Both the position numbers and the translations under genes were made by a program. DNA of 64,000 bases from Bugula neritina (Eukaryota > Animalia > Bryozoa), in NCBI GenBank assembly GCA_964035545.1, contig OZ037768.1, positions 14,021,675-14,085,674 on the forward strand. Reading direction: 5' to 3'. Below, in pieces: positions 1 through 21,100 of the stretch (the stretch's first letter is position 1; the number at the start of each line of letters is the position of its first letter). The notes under the pieces were generated by a model. The model searched no databases. It saw only the letters and a program-made list of their open reading frames with translations, and was not told the origin of the DNA.

Positions 1-680
1 TTGAAACTACAGTATAATTTACTCTGTATTGTAAAGCACAATATGTGCTGTTTAAAAGTCACTCTACAGCCTACACTGATACTAATTCAATTTACTTTTT
101 TAACTGTCACCCAGACAAGGCAGGCAATATACCAGTTATTAGTATAGCCAATTTCAGTAACCTCTACTTGTGTGCTTGTAAAGCAGGACACATTTCTGAA
201 CAGCTGCAGCTAAAATTTCGAGCAAGTGGCAAAATAGAGCTGTTTTGGGTGAATTTTATGGAGGATCAAGATACTGAACCAACACTGTGAACAGTTCTTC
301 CAATAGTGATCTAACTGTCTTAGGTCTATTTAGCAAGTCCACTTTTTCGTCTTACTAAGAATAGTGAATGAGAATTCAAAATAAATCATTTATTACATAG
401 AACAGTAAAATCGTTGGCCAATATAATTGCTTGCTCCAGTTTAGCTCCAGCTATCAAAGTATTGCCTATGGCAAGTCACTCATGTAGAAGATGTGAACGA
501 CTTAAACTTGAAACTTGGTTCAATATGACTCCAGCTTAAGCTACTGCTACTGTAGAAGTATAAAAACTACTTGCTGGTAAATGCATGCAGTTATGGCGTC
601 TGCATAAAAGCCACTGTGTGAGCATTTAAATAGATGCATTTGTGTAGCCAACTTGTTGTGTGTAAGAATTATTGTTACTA

Positions 681-6940
<6,260 letters not shown>

Positions 6941-9479
6941 AGCCGAGAGCTAGGCAGTGTATTTCTGATGCAGACTTCTAGTTTGTTTCTTTCTAAACAA
7001 AACACATTAGAGTGAAGACAATACTAGGCAATGCAGACAGTTGCATAGCAGTGAGTGTAGAGACCAGAGGTAACTAAAACTTGAGGCTAAAATCTGATAT
7101 AGCAATGCCAGCCTTTAAGCACATGACTAAACACATCACGGGCAAATTGACACTACACTGGCACATCTAAATCTCGTGAGCATAGCCAATAAAATGAGAG
7201 AACAATTATCTATGTTAGACAAGTGACACCAGTAACCGATGCTTGTGCAACAATAGATTAGCTGCATTCAGTATATTGACATGCATTCAGAGTTGACACT
7301 ATAATAAGATACTGGAAGATCAACAAATCATACAAAGAAGTATCTAGTGTAAACAATGAATGTAGTTTGATATAGTATTTTTGAAAATCGCAACAGCTTT
7401 TCTGGAGGGGCATCAACTTTTACACCAGCTGTAACTATTGTAATACAACGATAGCATGTTGAGTAGCTCTATAAAATGAAAATAACACTAAATCTAACCT
7501 ATATTTTGTTTAATATTATAAACTATTTTCCTAATATAGAGTTGAAGTAGTCAAAGAGGCAGGCAAACTAAAGTATATTACACAACAATTTTCCAGACAC
7601 TAAAAAGAAGAAAAAGTAGTTTTTATGAGTTATATTTCAAAATAAAACACAATACATGAAAACCAATAGATACTCTAACTTATGCAGATTCTCGCATTAC
7701 AATTTAGAAAAGATAACTTGCATTTAAGGAATATTTAACTGCAGTGAAAGCCGTCATGCATAAAGTAATATGAGCATTGATTTTGAACGGACTTTTGATT
7801 CTATGTATAAGAATTTTAGGGAAGCTCGATCAAATTTTATCATAGGATTTTACAACCTTGACAAATTTATAATAATGATAAAAATTCCAATTAAATAAAT
7901 GCTATAACTTTGTAAGTATAAAGGTATTTTGTAGTGCAAAGAAACAGGCAAATGCATCTAAAGTGATGAATCATCAATAAAACTTGGATAATCATTTTAT
8001 AGTAATAGCATGGCCACAAAACACATTTATTTATCAAAATATAGCACTGTGACTATTGGTATTAATAGTAATTAAACATTAAATAAGTGATGTTGGGTAC
8101 AACTATCAACTCTGCCTGATCAGTTGCACTCAAGTATTTCTAACACCAAGTGTAATATTCTAAGCTAATATACAAATCTTCAAAAACTGAAAGTTTCTCA
8201 ATAAGTATAATAGGCTAGTAAGCAACACCTAACCTAGAAATATTACTATTAAAACTACTTATTTACTATCAAATTACTTACAGCAATAATATAAAAACAA
8301 TTGTTGAAAAAAAGTAACTCGTGTTTTCAAAATTATAAGACTAAGTACGACAATCATTTTGAAAATGATTACTGATCAGAGGTTGAGTAAGAACAAGAAC
8401 CAAACATGACTATGGCTATCAGACTCACTATCACCATGATTATGAATAACAGTGTGAATTGTCAATGAAATGAACAAGTTTACATGAAAATAAAAATCTT
8501 CAGCCTGATCATTATGATTATAGTCATGCTTATAGTTGTACTTACATTAACTTTAAGTGTGAATGACCAAATTGAGTGTAAATTTAAAGCTTGATCTGAG
8601 AACAGAGACTAATGGAATGGATAGTGATACTATTCAGATCCCTAAGTCCTAAAACTGATAGTTTTACTTCAAAACCTAAAGTTAGTGCCACAGTAAAACT
8701 AAACAGCAAATGTAATGACTAATACAGTAATAGGCATGGAGTCAGACTGGATGGCGTCGAATTGAACTTGATCTGGATGGCTTAATCTTATTGGTTATTT
8801 TTGATAATTATAAAATTTAAAATTTTAAGCAGTTCACAAATCACAATCGGTAATACAAACATTTGTCCTATTGAATATAACACTGACACTGACGACTGCT
8901 AGGACTGAAGACTGTTACGCAATATTTTTAAAGGCATGTAACTATACGCCTGAGGATATTCAATATGAATGTCCATATTGATTTGAGAAAATTGACTAGA
9001 AGTGAATGACTTTGAGTGTATGGCATTGGGCAGCATAATCATAATGACAATCATAATCATTGACAGGTAATTATTTGGGCTTCTACAGAAAGTTTCCCTT
9101 TTATTTTTTTTGTTATTCATTTTGTTATTGCACACTATTTTAATACTTTATTATTATCATAATTATTATTTATATTATAGTTTTTGAAGGCTACTTTAAC
9201 CACCAGAAATACATAATTAATATTATTGTATTTTGATAAACTCATAGGCAGTGCCAGTAACAAACAAGACACAAGAACTAATATCAATTCGAGTATGACT
9301 ATGAGATTGCATTTTTTTCTTATAGAGTAAGAGTAGTTGACTACTGGAATGCTTTAGTTTATTCTTTCATTTACACAGCAATTAAGCATACACTTACATG
9401 GAACGTTACAGGGATTAAATAAGTCACTGGTTTTTCCTCTTAGCCCACTCATCAACATAACAACTGTTAACAAGAGAGG

Positions 9480-10310
9480 TAAATTCACCCACTTGGTATA
9501 ACTATTAGTATTAGCATTACTACTCTGACTTATATTGTTATTTATATTAGATTTGAAATTGGTCCATCCGTATCACCTATGAGCAGTATCAGTATGAGGG
9601 CTATAACTATGAGTATGACGGTATGAATATGACTATCACTTTATCATTACAATTATCACTATGGCTAACACTAACCGAATAACTCTTACTCAGTAACTTA
9701 GTCAACATTCAACAGACCATAAAATTAAATGATAAAAAAAATTAAGTAAATCTAAATATAATAATGTTAATGTTACTTAACTATTGAGTATAATCCTAAC
9801 AGTATTAGTAATAACTATAAGTAACAACTTACGAAATAAGTACAACAATTAACACTAGACCTAGTATTACAATTACTATTAGTATTACGCTGTCACCGTG
9901 ACACTGACTGAGAGTGTGACTATCTAGCATCACTTACTTATACTTAATCTTATAGCTACACTTATAGTTATACTTTATTACTTATACTTATACTTATAGT
10001 TATACTTAATGTTATAGTATTACTATTAGTACTATTGGTATTAGTTTAGTATTACTATTAGTATTAGTATTACTATTAGTATTACATTTACTATAACTAT
10101 TAGACTATTAGTATTAGTATTACTTTTACTTATACTTATAGTTATACTTATTTATTGTCACTATCACTATCAGTATTACTTATTTACTAATAGTAATAAT
10201 AATACTAATAGTAATAGTAATACTTATACTTATAGTTGTAATATTAGTATTAGTATTATAATTATTTATTATTACTATTACTTACTACTTAGCACTAGAA
10301 ATAGAATTAC
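9480..10310. repeat. Degenerate hexamer-periodic simple repeat (AGTATT/ACTATT/TATACT/ACTGAC units)
   Basis: Runs such as cttatacttatacttatagttatactt and agtattactattagtattagtattactattagt. Weaker tracts at about 8260-8900. Confidence 0.8.
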
Positions 10311-10357
10311 TGTTAAAGCTGGTAACGCTAGTAGATAAGAGTAAATTTTAAACTTAC

Positions 10358-10550
10358 CAAGGCCGTAAAGCTGTTTAATTTGTGCAAAATGTACCGAAAT
10401 TAGGCAATAAACTATAGAGTTTGGACCTAGCACCTGCAAACTACGTTTCAGCTGTCAATGTCAGTATCAGTGTTAACTTAGCGTAGCTGTCACCGACGAA
10501 AGATGGCCACTTGAACACAGTTACGGTGAAGAGTCCGCTTTTTAAGCCTA
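10358..10550 (-). promoter_or_regulatory. Probable non-coding first exon and promoter of beta-catenin
   Basis: Minus-strand donor G|GTAAGT at about 10357, in a locally CpG-richer patch between the NPHP3 3' UTR and an acceptor-like site near 6993. TSS not directly visible. Confidence 0.45.
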
Positions 10551-12112
10551 CGGTAAAATGTTATAAGTATTTTACAACTTAGTTTTACTAAAATTTAGTT
10601 TTTAAATTTTTTATAAGCATCAAAAAACTTTTTGACTTGAAAAATTCTAGTTCAAAAAAGAAAATGCAACTCTTAAAGATACTGTACAAAAAACTGTACA
10701 GTGTATATATACCATTTCAACGCTACAACCTACATAACATGATTTCGCAATAATTGTAATAAGTAAGTTATTACAACAAACTGCTTACAATTAAAATCAA
10801 TATGTTTGATTAGCCATTGCATGATTAAAGAGTTACATAGATCCATATATACTGTGTGTATGACAAGTGTATTTGCTAATAGCTCATACAGATCACATTA
10901 TTATAGCACTGGAATTGTCTTAATTCTATTGGGTCGAAGTGGTGAATAATACTTTGATTATGAAATAAAGAAACAACAATAGCTGCAGTTGATAATGCAT
11001 CTGAACTTTTCACTTAAATAAAATTTGAACAAAATTCAAACACTTTGAAGTATTGAATCAGTTACTGCTACGCTGTTGACAAGGCTGTTGCATAGGTGTT
11101 GAAGCCTACTTGTATAATTGACTGCTAACCTGCAACACATGAACTTCTCAGATAAATTTAGTAGGCTAAATGATCTTCACTGCTTTAAAAGTAGCAACGC
11201 ACTATTGACTGACAATATATGTGACACAAAATTTGCATGTCAAAAATGTTTCAAAACATAATTTTTCAACTACTGCACATGCATTCATTATTCTTGAATT
11301 TACAAGACCAGTGAAGAGACACATATGCAGTAATAAAAATAATTTTCATTATTTTAAACAATATGAGCACCAATAAAAATAATAAAGTCTATAAAAAGGC
11401 TAGTAGTGTACACGAGATTGCATCACTTTTTACTCTAAAGCAAAAGATATTGAAAATATATCTTATAATTGATCGTGCATGGGAGCTCCATAAGCACTGC
11501 ACAATTTGCAACATTAAATGGCAACAAGGGTTGTATAACATAAAATAATGTATGCTAGAAATGAACACGAACATGTGTAGGGCAGTGTATACAAATACAT
11601 TTCACTTTAGTAGAAAAACACTACTGCTTGAAATGGGATTCGAACATTGTGGTACAAATTACCGTTGAAATAGAAACATATCTGATACAGACATAACTTA
11701 CCATAAAGTACATGTACAAATAAACTAATAGCAATATTACAAATAATGATCTTCTGTTTTTAGAAAACTTGGCTTATTTCAAAATGTAAGTATTATTGAA
11801 GAATCGCTTCACCCTACATAGAAAATGCATGCCTTTCAAAACTTGAAATAATTTGCTTTCTGATGCACACATCTTTATGCTAAAGAAAATTTTGAGCTTT
11901 CTAAAGATTTAAAAAGTTGCTGGAAGCAGAAGACCTTTAATGTCATTGTTGTTTCAAACCCTAATGCTTGCAAATAAGTTTTTGTGTATAAAACTACGAA
12001 AAAAATGTAGCATAAAAATATTACATAGTTATTTACAAAGTGATGCGAGTAGTATGTACGAGTATATCAAAATAAATGTTAGGTATTGAAATTTTTGTTA
12101 AATATCAACAAG

Positions 12113-15100
12113 TCATGAATGACTTTCTAAAGCTTCAATAAAAACTTTTTGTGTTTTGACTTGTGCTGAAGCTACAATCGGAATAGAGTTGACAGAACTA
12201 GTACGCGATGCTGGGACTTTACTCTCTTTTAAATAGGATGGTGAACTTTTGATATCTGTAGCTCTTTTATATAGCTTGGCAGCAGCTTCATAGTCACACT
12301 AAAAGGGAAAACAAACTCTTACATAAATAATAGTTTTTATGGTGTGTGGATTTCAAGTATCAATATGCTTCCAGTAGAGTCAGCTCATCAGGCTGAGATA
12401 GTACTAGACATACTAGTTTGAGGCTGAACTTGCAATACATCAATAAGTTAGAAAAGTGTTCACAGCCTACATACAGGATGTCAAGATGTGCATAAATGAA
12501 ATGCATCCATGCACAAAGTAAAGAGTAAAAGAGTCAAGGCACCTGTTCATATTTGAGAACAGCAATGTTGTGTAGGGTCTCTGCAACTCTGGGGTGAAAC
12601 AAGCCTAGGGAGCTCTCGTATATCTTCAATGCCCTTTCATATAACGGCTCAGCATCAGACTGCTGGGACTAAACAAACGCGGAGATATTCTTTTTACTAT
12701 GCTGCCACTTAATTTCATCAAGTAGCCATTCGATATAAAAAAATGTTTATTAGTTTTGTAATAAACAAATATTGCGTGGGTCTATGGTGCACTATCATTT
12801 GACTTTAAGACCAAAAAATTCTGCTATACTCCATAAACTAATTTAGTAATAATGAATAGAATATTGAAAAAAATCAACAGTGTTTTAACTCATTTTAAAT
12901 ACTTTGATTATTCATTAGCATAATCGTAATTGCAGTGTTAGAAGGCATATAATATAAACTAACCATATGACAGTAGATGACAGCTAGATTCACCATGGCT
13001 GTTGCCAGAGATGGATCAGGTTGGTCTCCTGCACTCTTCTCTCTCAGCTCAACTAGTTGTTTATATAAATGTGCAGCTTTAGACCACTTCTGAAGCTTCT
13101 TGCAAACTGGAGCTAAATTTTTGACTATAGAGATGACTTGAGGACTGTCTGCATTGAAATGCTAAAACATTAAACAAATGCTAAAAATCTGGATATACTA
13201 ATGCAGAACGTATGGTTGTATATAAAACATTATTAAAATAAAATCCAATTTAACTGATAATTTTGCTTGAATACTAAAACCATTGAAAATTAACGATGAA
13301 CTTAAATGGCTAGAACGGCTATAAATTTATAAACTAACAAAATAATAAAAGTAGACATATTATAAATTATTTTTAAAATAATCTAAAATAATGCTTGCTG
13401 TTGGTCATATTAATTCTATATATTATATACTGCATACGTACTTTAAGTTTAATTTGAAGTGCTTTGTCATATAAAGGCTCAGCTTTTTCAAGGTTTTTCT
13501 GGTCGTAATACAGCGCAGCCAAGTTTTTGTATGACTGGCCGAGGTCAGGATGATCTGAAGGCAAAAGCTGCTCTCTGATCCTCATAGACTTTTTGAAGAA
13601 AGTTTCAGCTGTACTACACGTTGTGAAATAAACAATATAATAGTAATACTAATGGCCTTGAAAATTAGACCAGAATGCTATAAACATTTTAATAACTGCA
13701 TGTGCAGGTGAATTGTAAAGAATTGCAGGTAGGCTATAAATGTAGTATTTCTATTGTACTTCTTTCTTCCAGCAATATGAATAAATAGATTATAAGAGTG
13801 ACTGCATTGGAATAACTGAAATCTGTCAATATGTAAAGTTGTTTACCACAGAAAATATCAGAAACGAACTAAATATGGGGTTTCATTCAATGTTTCATCG
13901 CTTGCAACCTTTAATGTTTCCCTTTTCCTTAACACTTGCTATATGAACACATTTCAAGTCTTTCAACTAATTTTTAATCCCGTAAGAGATTACGATTCCC
14001 ACCTGTGATTACCCTGCACATAGTAGAGCACACCAAGTTCATTTAGCTTAGAGGCTAACTCAGCAGTATCTGGTCCCATTGTGAGATCTTCTATCTGCAT
14101 TTTGCTTCGCCTGTTCTTAAAACTCGAGCTCCGTATGTTATCATTTTCTTCAGTGCTGAAAGATACACATTTTGTTTAGACAACTACCAACACTCCACAT
14201 TTTGAATTAGCAGAGCACAACTAATACTTGACATTATTTAAACAGGTACAACAATGTTTCTTAGAATACTGCATACTAGCAAATATGAGAAGTTGTCTGT
14301 TCTTGGAAGAGATTGTTAATTTCCATGCTGGTCTCTAACAAGTCTGAGAGGAAATATCACAATTCCACGTGTTACCTTTTTAAAACTTCTAGAACAAATG
14401 ACATAGATGTCACTCACTTCATACAATAATATCCAACAGATCCGATGCTTAGCAATTGAGATGATGATTAATAAAACTATTCTACCCATAACAATTACAC
14501 CTATACAAAAACCTAGCTTCAAAAAGTAAAGCTATATGTACAGTTTGATAAACATGACTGTTGGCATTTGAGCAAGCGTAGATGGGTCGGCACTCGACAC
14601 ACAGGACCACGAATTTCTTTTGATTCATCAGACATATACAGACATGAATAATGTAGTATAAATGTATAATAATATCAGCTACATTCGACTAACACACAAT
14701 AGATTAACATATTACACACAATGGTATAGTAGTCGTGCGCTAACAAAGCTTGTACACTAAACTTACCTAATCTGTGGAACTCTGTTCTTTTTTCTAATAA
14801 AATTTGCCTGTTTCTTCAATGATTCTGCAGCATCATGTTTATTTTGCTTCTGATAAAGAACGATCAGTGCATCAAGTTCCTGTAAAATTCATGAGCAATC
14901 ATCAAGCTACAGCTGCCGAAAACACTACCCACATATTTATTATGATTGAAGGAGAAAAATTACACTAACAAAACATCAAAATGGTTGACAGCGAAAAATG
15001 CATTAGCGTGAAAAAACATTATTAAATTGTTACCTTGGCAACCATAATATGATCAGTCCCGTAGGCATTCTGGTATATATCAAGAGCCTGTTTGTAAAGA

Positions 15101-18100
15101 CTTTCTGCAGCAAGATATTTGCTCCATTGAGCATGCACTCTAAAACCAGACAGAGGCATACTGATTTCTAAACACATGAAAGTATTACTATTCTTTTTGT
15201 ATATGATAACTCTACACGTGTTTAAACCTAGTCAAGAATGTTAGCAATACAATGACACTAAGTGAGTTTCAACAAAATGCATGAAAATCAACAGATCTGA
15301 GTAGATATATGTAAATTTATAATTTTAGACAGTTGAGTCAGTAAATTACATGACTAATGATTTACAGAAGAAGACATAGGTCTATAAATACCCAGCTAAT
15401 AAGTGTAGAACTTGAGCCACTTGAGGGTGATCTGGGTCCAAAGTTGTCATCCTTAACTCCAAGGATCTCTGCAATGGGTTACACGCCTCTTTAAGCATGC
15501 CCAGATCCCTTAAGAACTTTCCTTGTGCTTCATAGAGATCAGCTATTTTATGAAGTGTGATGAATTCCAATTTGCCAACCACTGAAAAATGGTAGTATGT
15601 TATTATTCTTAAGCACCATGCCTTGTGCATTGATTAAACTTAATGAAGCTCACATTACAGGTTGAGTTTATAGCCTTACTTCCTTCCAGTTTTTGAGTTG
15701 CTGACAAATACAATTCTGCCATCTGATTTTTGTCAATGCCAATAAAATGCCAGTAGCTTATGAGCTCATTGCATCTTCCTCTGAAAATTTTGATAGATTA
15801 TGCAACAAAATTGTTTTATTGATGCTAATTTGTATCTGTATACATATACATATGTGCATATAAACCTATCTGGTAGAGAATCAAATGCATTAGTATTTAC
15901 ATTATAAAGTGACAGATATCTGTGCAAGTGATACATGTGTGTTTAACTCAGTAAAAGAAAGCCAATTGTAATAAAATGCTTTCGAGACAACAAACACTAT
16001 CTTTGAAAATCAAATATAAAAATAACCATATTATATTGCTTGCTAATAATATAAAATAAAGATCAGCAGGCGTACAACTAGTACAAGTCAATAGACAAGC
16101 TGTGGCAGAAAGTTTGACTACGTAGTATGCAGTTACAGAGATAAAATTTCAATGACCAAAACTCATACTAGCTCACCGTATGTATAGTCTTAGAAATAAA
16201 CCCAAGAAAAGCAGTGAATTCTTCACGCTCTCCTTGTCACCAAGCTGTTGGTGTAACCATGGTAACTCATCAGATACATGACACGTCACTCTGTCCAGAC
16301 TAGTATACTTGGAGAAGTAATCAACGAGAGCTCTCCGGCACAGTCCCAACTGCTTACCATTGTCACTTTTAGGAAAATACTTCAACTCAATGGCTTCTCT
16401 CACCTATCAGCACGAGGGAAATACTATAGGTGGGTATAATTTTCCATTGTGAAACAGGATGTAAAAGCCTAGCAGAGCTGAGAGTCATATAAGAGGCACT
16501 GAGAATTCTACATGCTAACAATAACTTTCAGCATAATACCGCCATTAATCAATAATCCGCGAGTAATTATATGTACTTTTATATCGTAGTTGCATACAGA
16601 GCAATGCAAATATCTTGTTATATACAATTTATGTCATTGTGAAATTTTACCACCAAGTCATTTAATTAATCTTTTGTATTGGAAACATTATTACAGTAAG
16701 TGCATGCCAATCTGTAATCCCATAGCAGAGCAGTGCAGGATAATGCTGTACAGTGAAGCTTACTCTTTGCTGTAAGTGAAAAGATGTCATTCTTCTAATA
16801 CTAGCAAGTAGCAGCAAATTTTGGTTAAATGTTTACTTCTCTTTGGGTTGGTTTACACTTTTGGCCTGCACAGAAACTACATTAGTCATGACTGAAAAGT
16901 ACATCTGAACGAACCTACTGACATTTGAAATAAATAAGACTCATACTGTAACAAGGATATTGAATATTGTGGTGCATACTTGGTCATGAGCAAGGCATAT
17001 GAGACCAGCTCTGTAAGCTATGACATTCAGGTTGAGAAGAGTGTGTGTGAGTATAGCCCAGAAGTTCCATGTAATGTTAGGAAGAAGGGCTAGACATTCC
17101 CAGTCTCCCAGGCCATTTCTTGACGAGTGTATCAACTTTAGGGCCTGTTGGTATTCAATAATAAATAAAATAACATTTCCAAACAAAGCTATTGCTAGAT
17201 ACTAAAGGTCAAAAACAAAACCAAGGTAACACAAGAGCATGTTCTAAGGGTAATCTTGCATTGCGTCAAATTTGTCCACTCACTGCCAGTCTAAAGGACA
17301 CAATTGAATACAATAAGCACTTGTCAAGCACACGCAACTGAAATAATTAACACTGTCACTTCATTAACCAGTAGAAAACATGCGACAGCCAACAGTTTGC
17401 ACCAGATTGTAAATATTTTAGACTAGAATGTAACGCAATGATCTAAAATCGGTTAGTATATTATGGTCAATTGAAGAAGCTTTCACGGGAGAGAACAATT
17501 CCCAAAAGCATGCTACTATATGGCCTAAATTGTTGTAGTAGTAAATAGCATCTTGTAGCAATTTTTATTATTTAGTTTAAAACGTCTAAAAGGCCTGTAG
17601 AAAGGTGAAAAACAACCTTTTTCATGGATCCTTTGGTTTGTTCTGTTGTTTCTAATTCTTCCCTTACATAATCCAAGACGACTAGGTAGAGCTCAATGGC
17701 ATCGTTGGCCGCGAGACATTGATCTAGCTGATGCTGCAGTCTTTTCTCATCACTAATACTAAATGAGAGTAGAAACAAATAGAAGAAAGTACCAGGTAAA
17801 CAGATAGAACCAATTAATGGAATTCAGACTTGCTGAGAGGTTATATAATATTTTGATACTGTTCAAAGGTCAATAAAGTTATACTGACGTGAAGTTTGGC
17901 TTACCTAGCCAGGCAAGAGGCTAATATAGTTATAAACAAGGGACTGCATGTCTCAGGAGTCCGGCAATGTGTGAGAATTTTAGCCTCAGAATCTGAATCT
18001 AAATAGCATCCTTTCTGTTGCAGCTCATTGCGCAGTAATTCTTTGACGCTTTTACTAGCCAATGGTTCTAAAATGTATATTATAATAAAACAATATAATT

Positions 18101-21100
18101 GAAAATATACAAATCAAAGGGCTTTTAATGAACTAAAAAGTACAGTTTGACTAAAGAGGTTTTGAAGGCACACATGGATGTTACAAGTTATAACAAACGG
18201 GATCCAACAAGCTTACATACTATTGCAGCAAGTTAAAGCTACCATTTTAAAATAAATAATTTTAAATAGTTTACAACAGAATGCAAAGTTTTTAGAAGAA
18301 GCAGTATTTACCAATTCTCAGGAGAAGCCATTGTTTCCAAGCTGGGGCACAAGTCTCTTCATTGGCTGAAACAATTACTCTCGAGTCTACAGGAAGTGGA
18401 TCCAGCAGCCATCTTAAGTGAATGTCTCCTTGCTACACCCATAAAACATAAGTGGAAAATACTAGATGCAGTTAGCATCTAACTATGTTAGAATGTAATT
18501 ATAATATCTATGTATATTATGATGAACAACTTCTCTGATATTGCAAAATGATCTCTTACTTGTTACACAATCAGATAAACTTGACATGATAAAACCTCTC
18601 TGGCTGACACATTGCGTATATGTTAGTAGTTACAAAGCATGACTTTACAGCCAGGCATATTACATAGCATTAAACAGCTTAGCTGCTTTTCCCATGTTTA
18701 ACATTGTACGAGGGAACCAACCTGAAACTTATCTAGTCCATCTATAACGACAGTAACTCCACCTGATATCTTAGTTGATACCTTTTCTAACCACCGAGGA
18801 AACTCTTCCATTAGTCTTGATGGTTCACATGTTAAAGCAGGTGGGTTTACAGCATGTTGCATCAGCTATTTAAATACCACATACGCTTAGATATCTGGTA
18901 AAATATGTTATAACTGAATGTGCATTGTCAAGTGTTGATTAGGAACATGATGGGCACAGTGAAAAATTAATAACATTTTTACAAAAATCTGCTTTAAAAT
19001 ATGTTTCTTAGATGTAGTTTTGGCTAACAAAATGATATAGCAGTTTAAAAGTGAGCTCTGTTTAGTCAGCAAATATTTTACATCCCACTCTGATTAGGTA
19101 ATGCCTGACCAAAAGCAAAATTTCCAAGTCAATACTTTCTAAACTGAAGTTTATTGATAGTTACCTTATATAGATGCTGCATGTATTGTTAATTTAAAGA
19201 AATGATCGAAAGATTTACCGAAAAACAAAAAGTGCAATTAACATAAAAATAGCAAATTTACAACGTTGAAGCATTTAGTTAGAAACTAGATCCCAAACTG
19301 CATACCTGAGAGGTGAGACGTCTGATCATATGTATCGGGTCAGCAGAGACCGAGTTCTTACAACCAACAAAATGATAGAGAATGATACCAGGGCTGCCCC
19401 GTACCTGGTGTTGTTGTATCCTACAACCGATGCCGTATGATTGGTTAACACTTCAGATACACAGTTTTATGAGAACAAAATATCAACTAAAGTGAATATT
19501 TTAAACTGTAATTGTACAGAAGAAATCTCACCACCGTGCCAGAAGAAGCGACTTCCCACAGCCAGGAGATCCTGTAACAAGGAGAGGAGGTGATGGGCCG
19601 GGTGCAGTGATGTGATTATTCAATCTTTCAAACAGCTACAATGAACATTTACAAATATAATTGTGTATTATACCATGTATTAAAGCTGTAACACGAACAC
19701 TACATATATGTACAGTGTACAAATTACGTAGAGCTGTTATTAACCCTCATCTAGTTGCCAAATATCTGCTATTCTGCAAATGCAACATTTACAACTCAAC
19801 ATGGTTACACTAAACTATGAATATAATCAAGCATTGCACTTGTAGGGTATTTGTAGTTTTGTAGGGTATCTATAGCTTAGATGATTTTGCAACTGCTCCT
19901 TTAAATACCAAGCAAGTGAATAAAAAAGCAAATGATGAGACACATCAAGTGAAAGACATCTTTGTATAATTATTTGAAACTCTAATTAATTAAATACTGT
20001 AGCTATGTAAGATTGCAAGTTATAATAATAAACATTGCATAGTTTAAACTCCTAACAGCAAACTGTAAGTTAGGCAAATTGACCAATAAATGTAAATGCA
20101 TGGAACAAAATTGTTTTTAGTAAGGATCATAAATTAAAATACATAAAAAACAGCTTAGAATTATGTTGTAATTTTATGAAATAGTTAAAATTACTTTGTC
20201 TAGCGAACACTCATGAGAACATTTGGCGGCATAGTAAAACGCCTCCAGGTGTTCAGAATGGCTGTGTTCATCCCATAAATTACAACCACAAGAGTCATTG
20301 TTAGTATCGGAAAATCCCAAGTCTGCTGATGTTTCTTGGGCCACTTCCTGTTTGTCGGGATCTACTCCAATTTCCTACATTTACAGGTCATCCATGTTTA
20401 CATGAGAAAACATTTACAAAAAGAACTGGTATAAATTATTGTGCGCTTATTTACAATAATTCTGTATGAGTTATGGTATAGATGTTTCAATCAATCATAT
20501 ATAGTTGTGAGAACTCCATGAGCAAGAAAAACATAGCTTGTGTTATTTATGGCTTTACCAATTAAAACTTAAAATATATATACAATTTTAAAGTTTTAAA
20601 ATATCAAATAATAATAAAGCTTTAAAAATTGTATATCAATCTAAAATAAAATGTGAAGTGCAATTCACAAATGAATTCATACTAAAAAAAATCACAGCAA
20701 AGTTTATAGCATACCTGATTCCAAAGATGCTTTATAACAGATTGCAACAGTGCAACAGTTATAACCACATTATTGTAGAGACAAAATGTGCTACTGATAA
20801 ATAAGCAAACTGTAGCCATGCCAACATACCACACCAAAGCACATCAAAATCATAGTTACATTTTATAAGATGATTTCACAAAACTGAGTGTAATTGCTTA
20901 TTAAATCCAATAACAAAAAAAGAAAGGCAACATCACTAAAGCTATCTTACTATTGGAGCAGGATGATAATTAAAGACCAAGATAACAACAAAACTCAAGT
21001 TTGCAGCACAATATCCATCTAAAAGAATGACAGCAGACTTGGTATTGAGTCATGACAATATGTTAGTATAATGTGTGTAATGCAAACGGCTGCACACGTC

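Noticed and set aside
8899-11574. Short ORFs in AT-rich intron and UTR sequence (8899, 11363, 11389 and similar elsewhere)
   Set aside because: Low-complexity composition with no recognisable homology or splice context.
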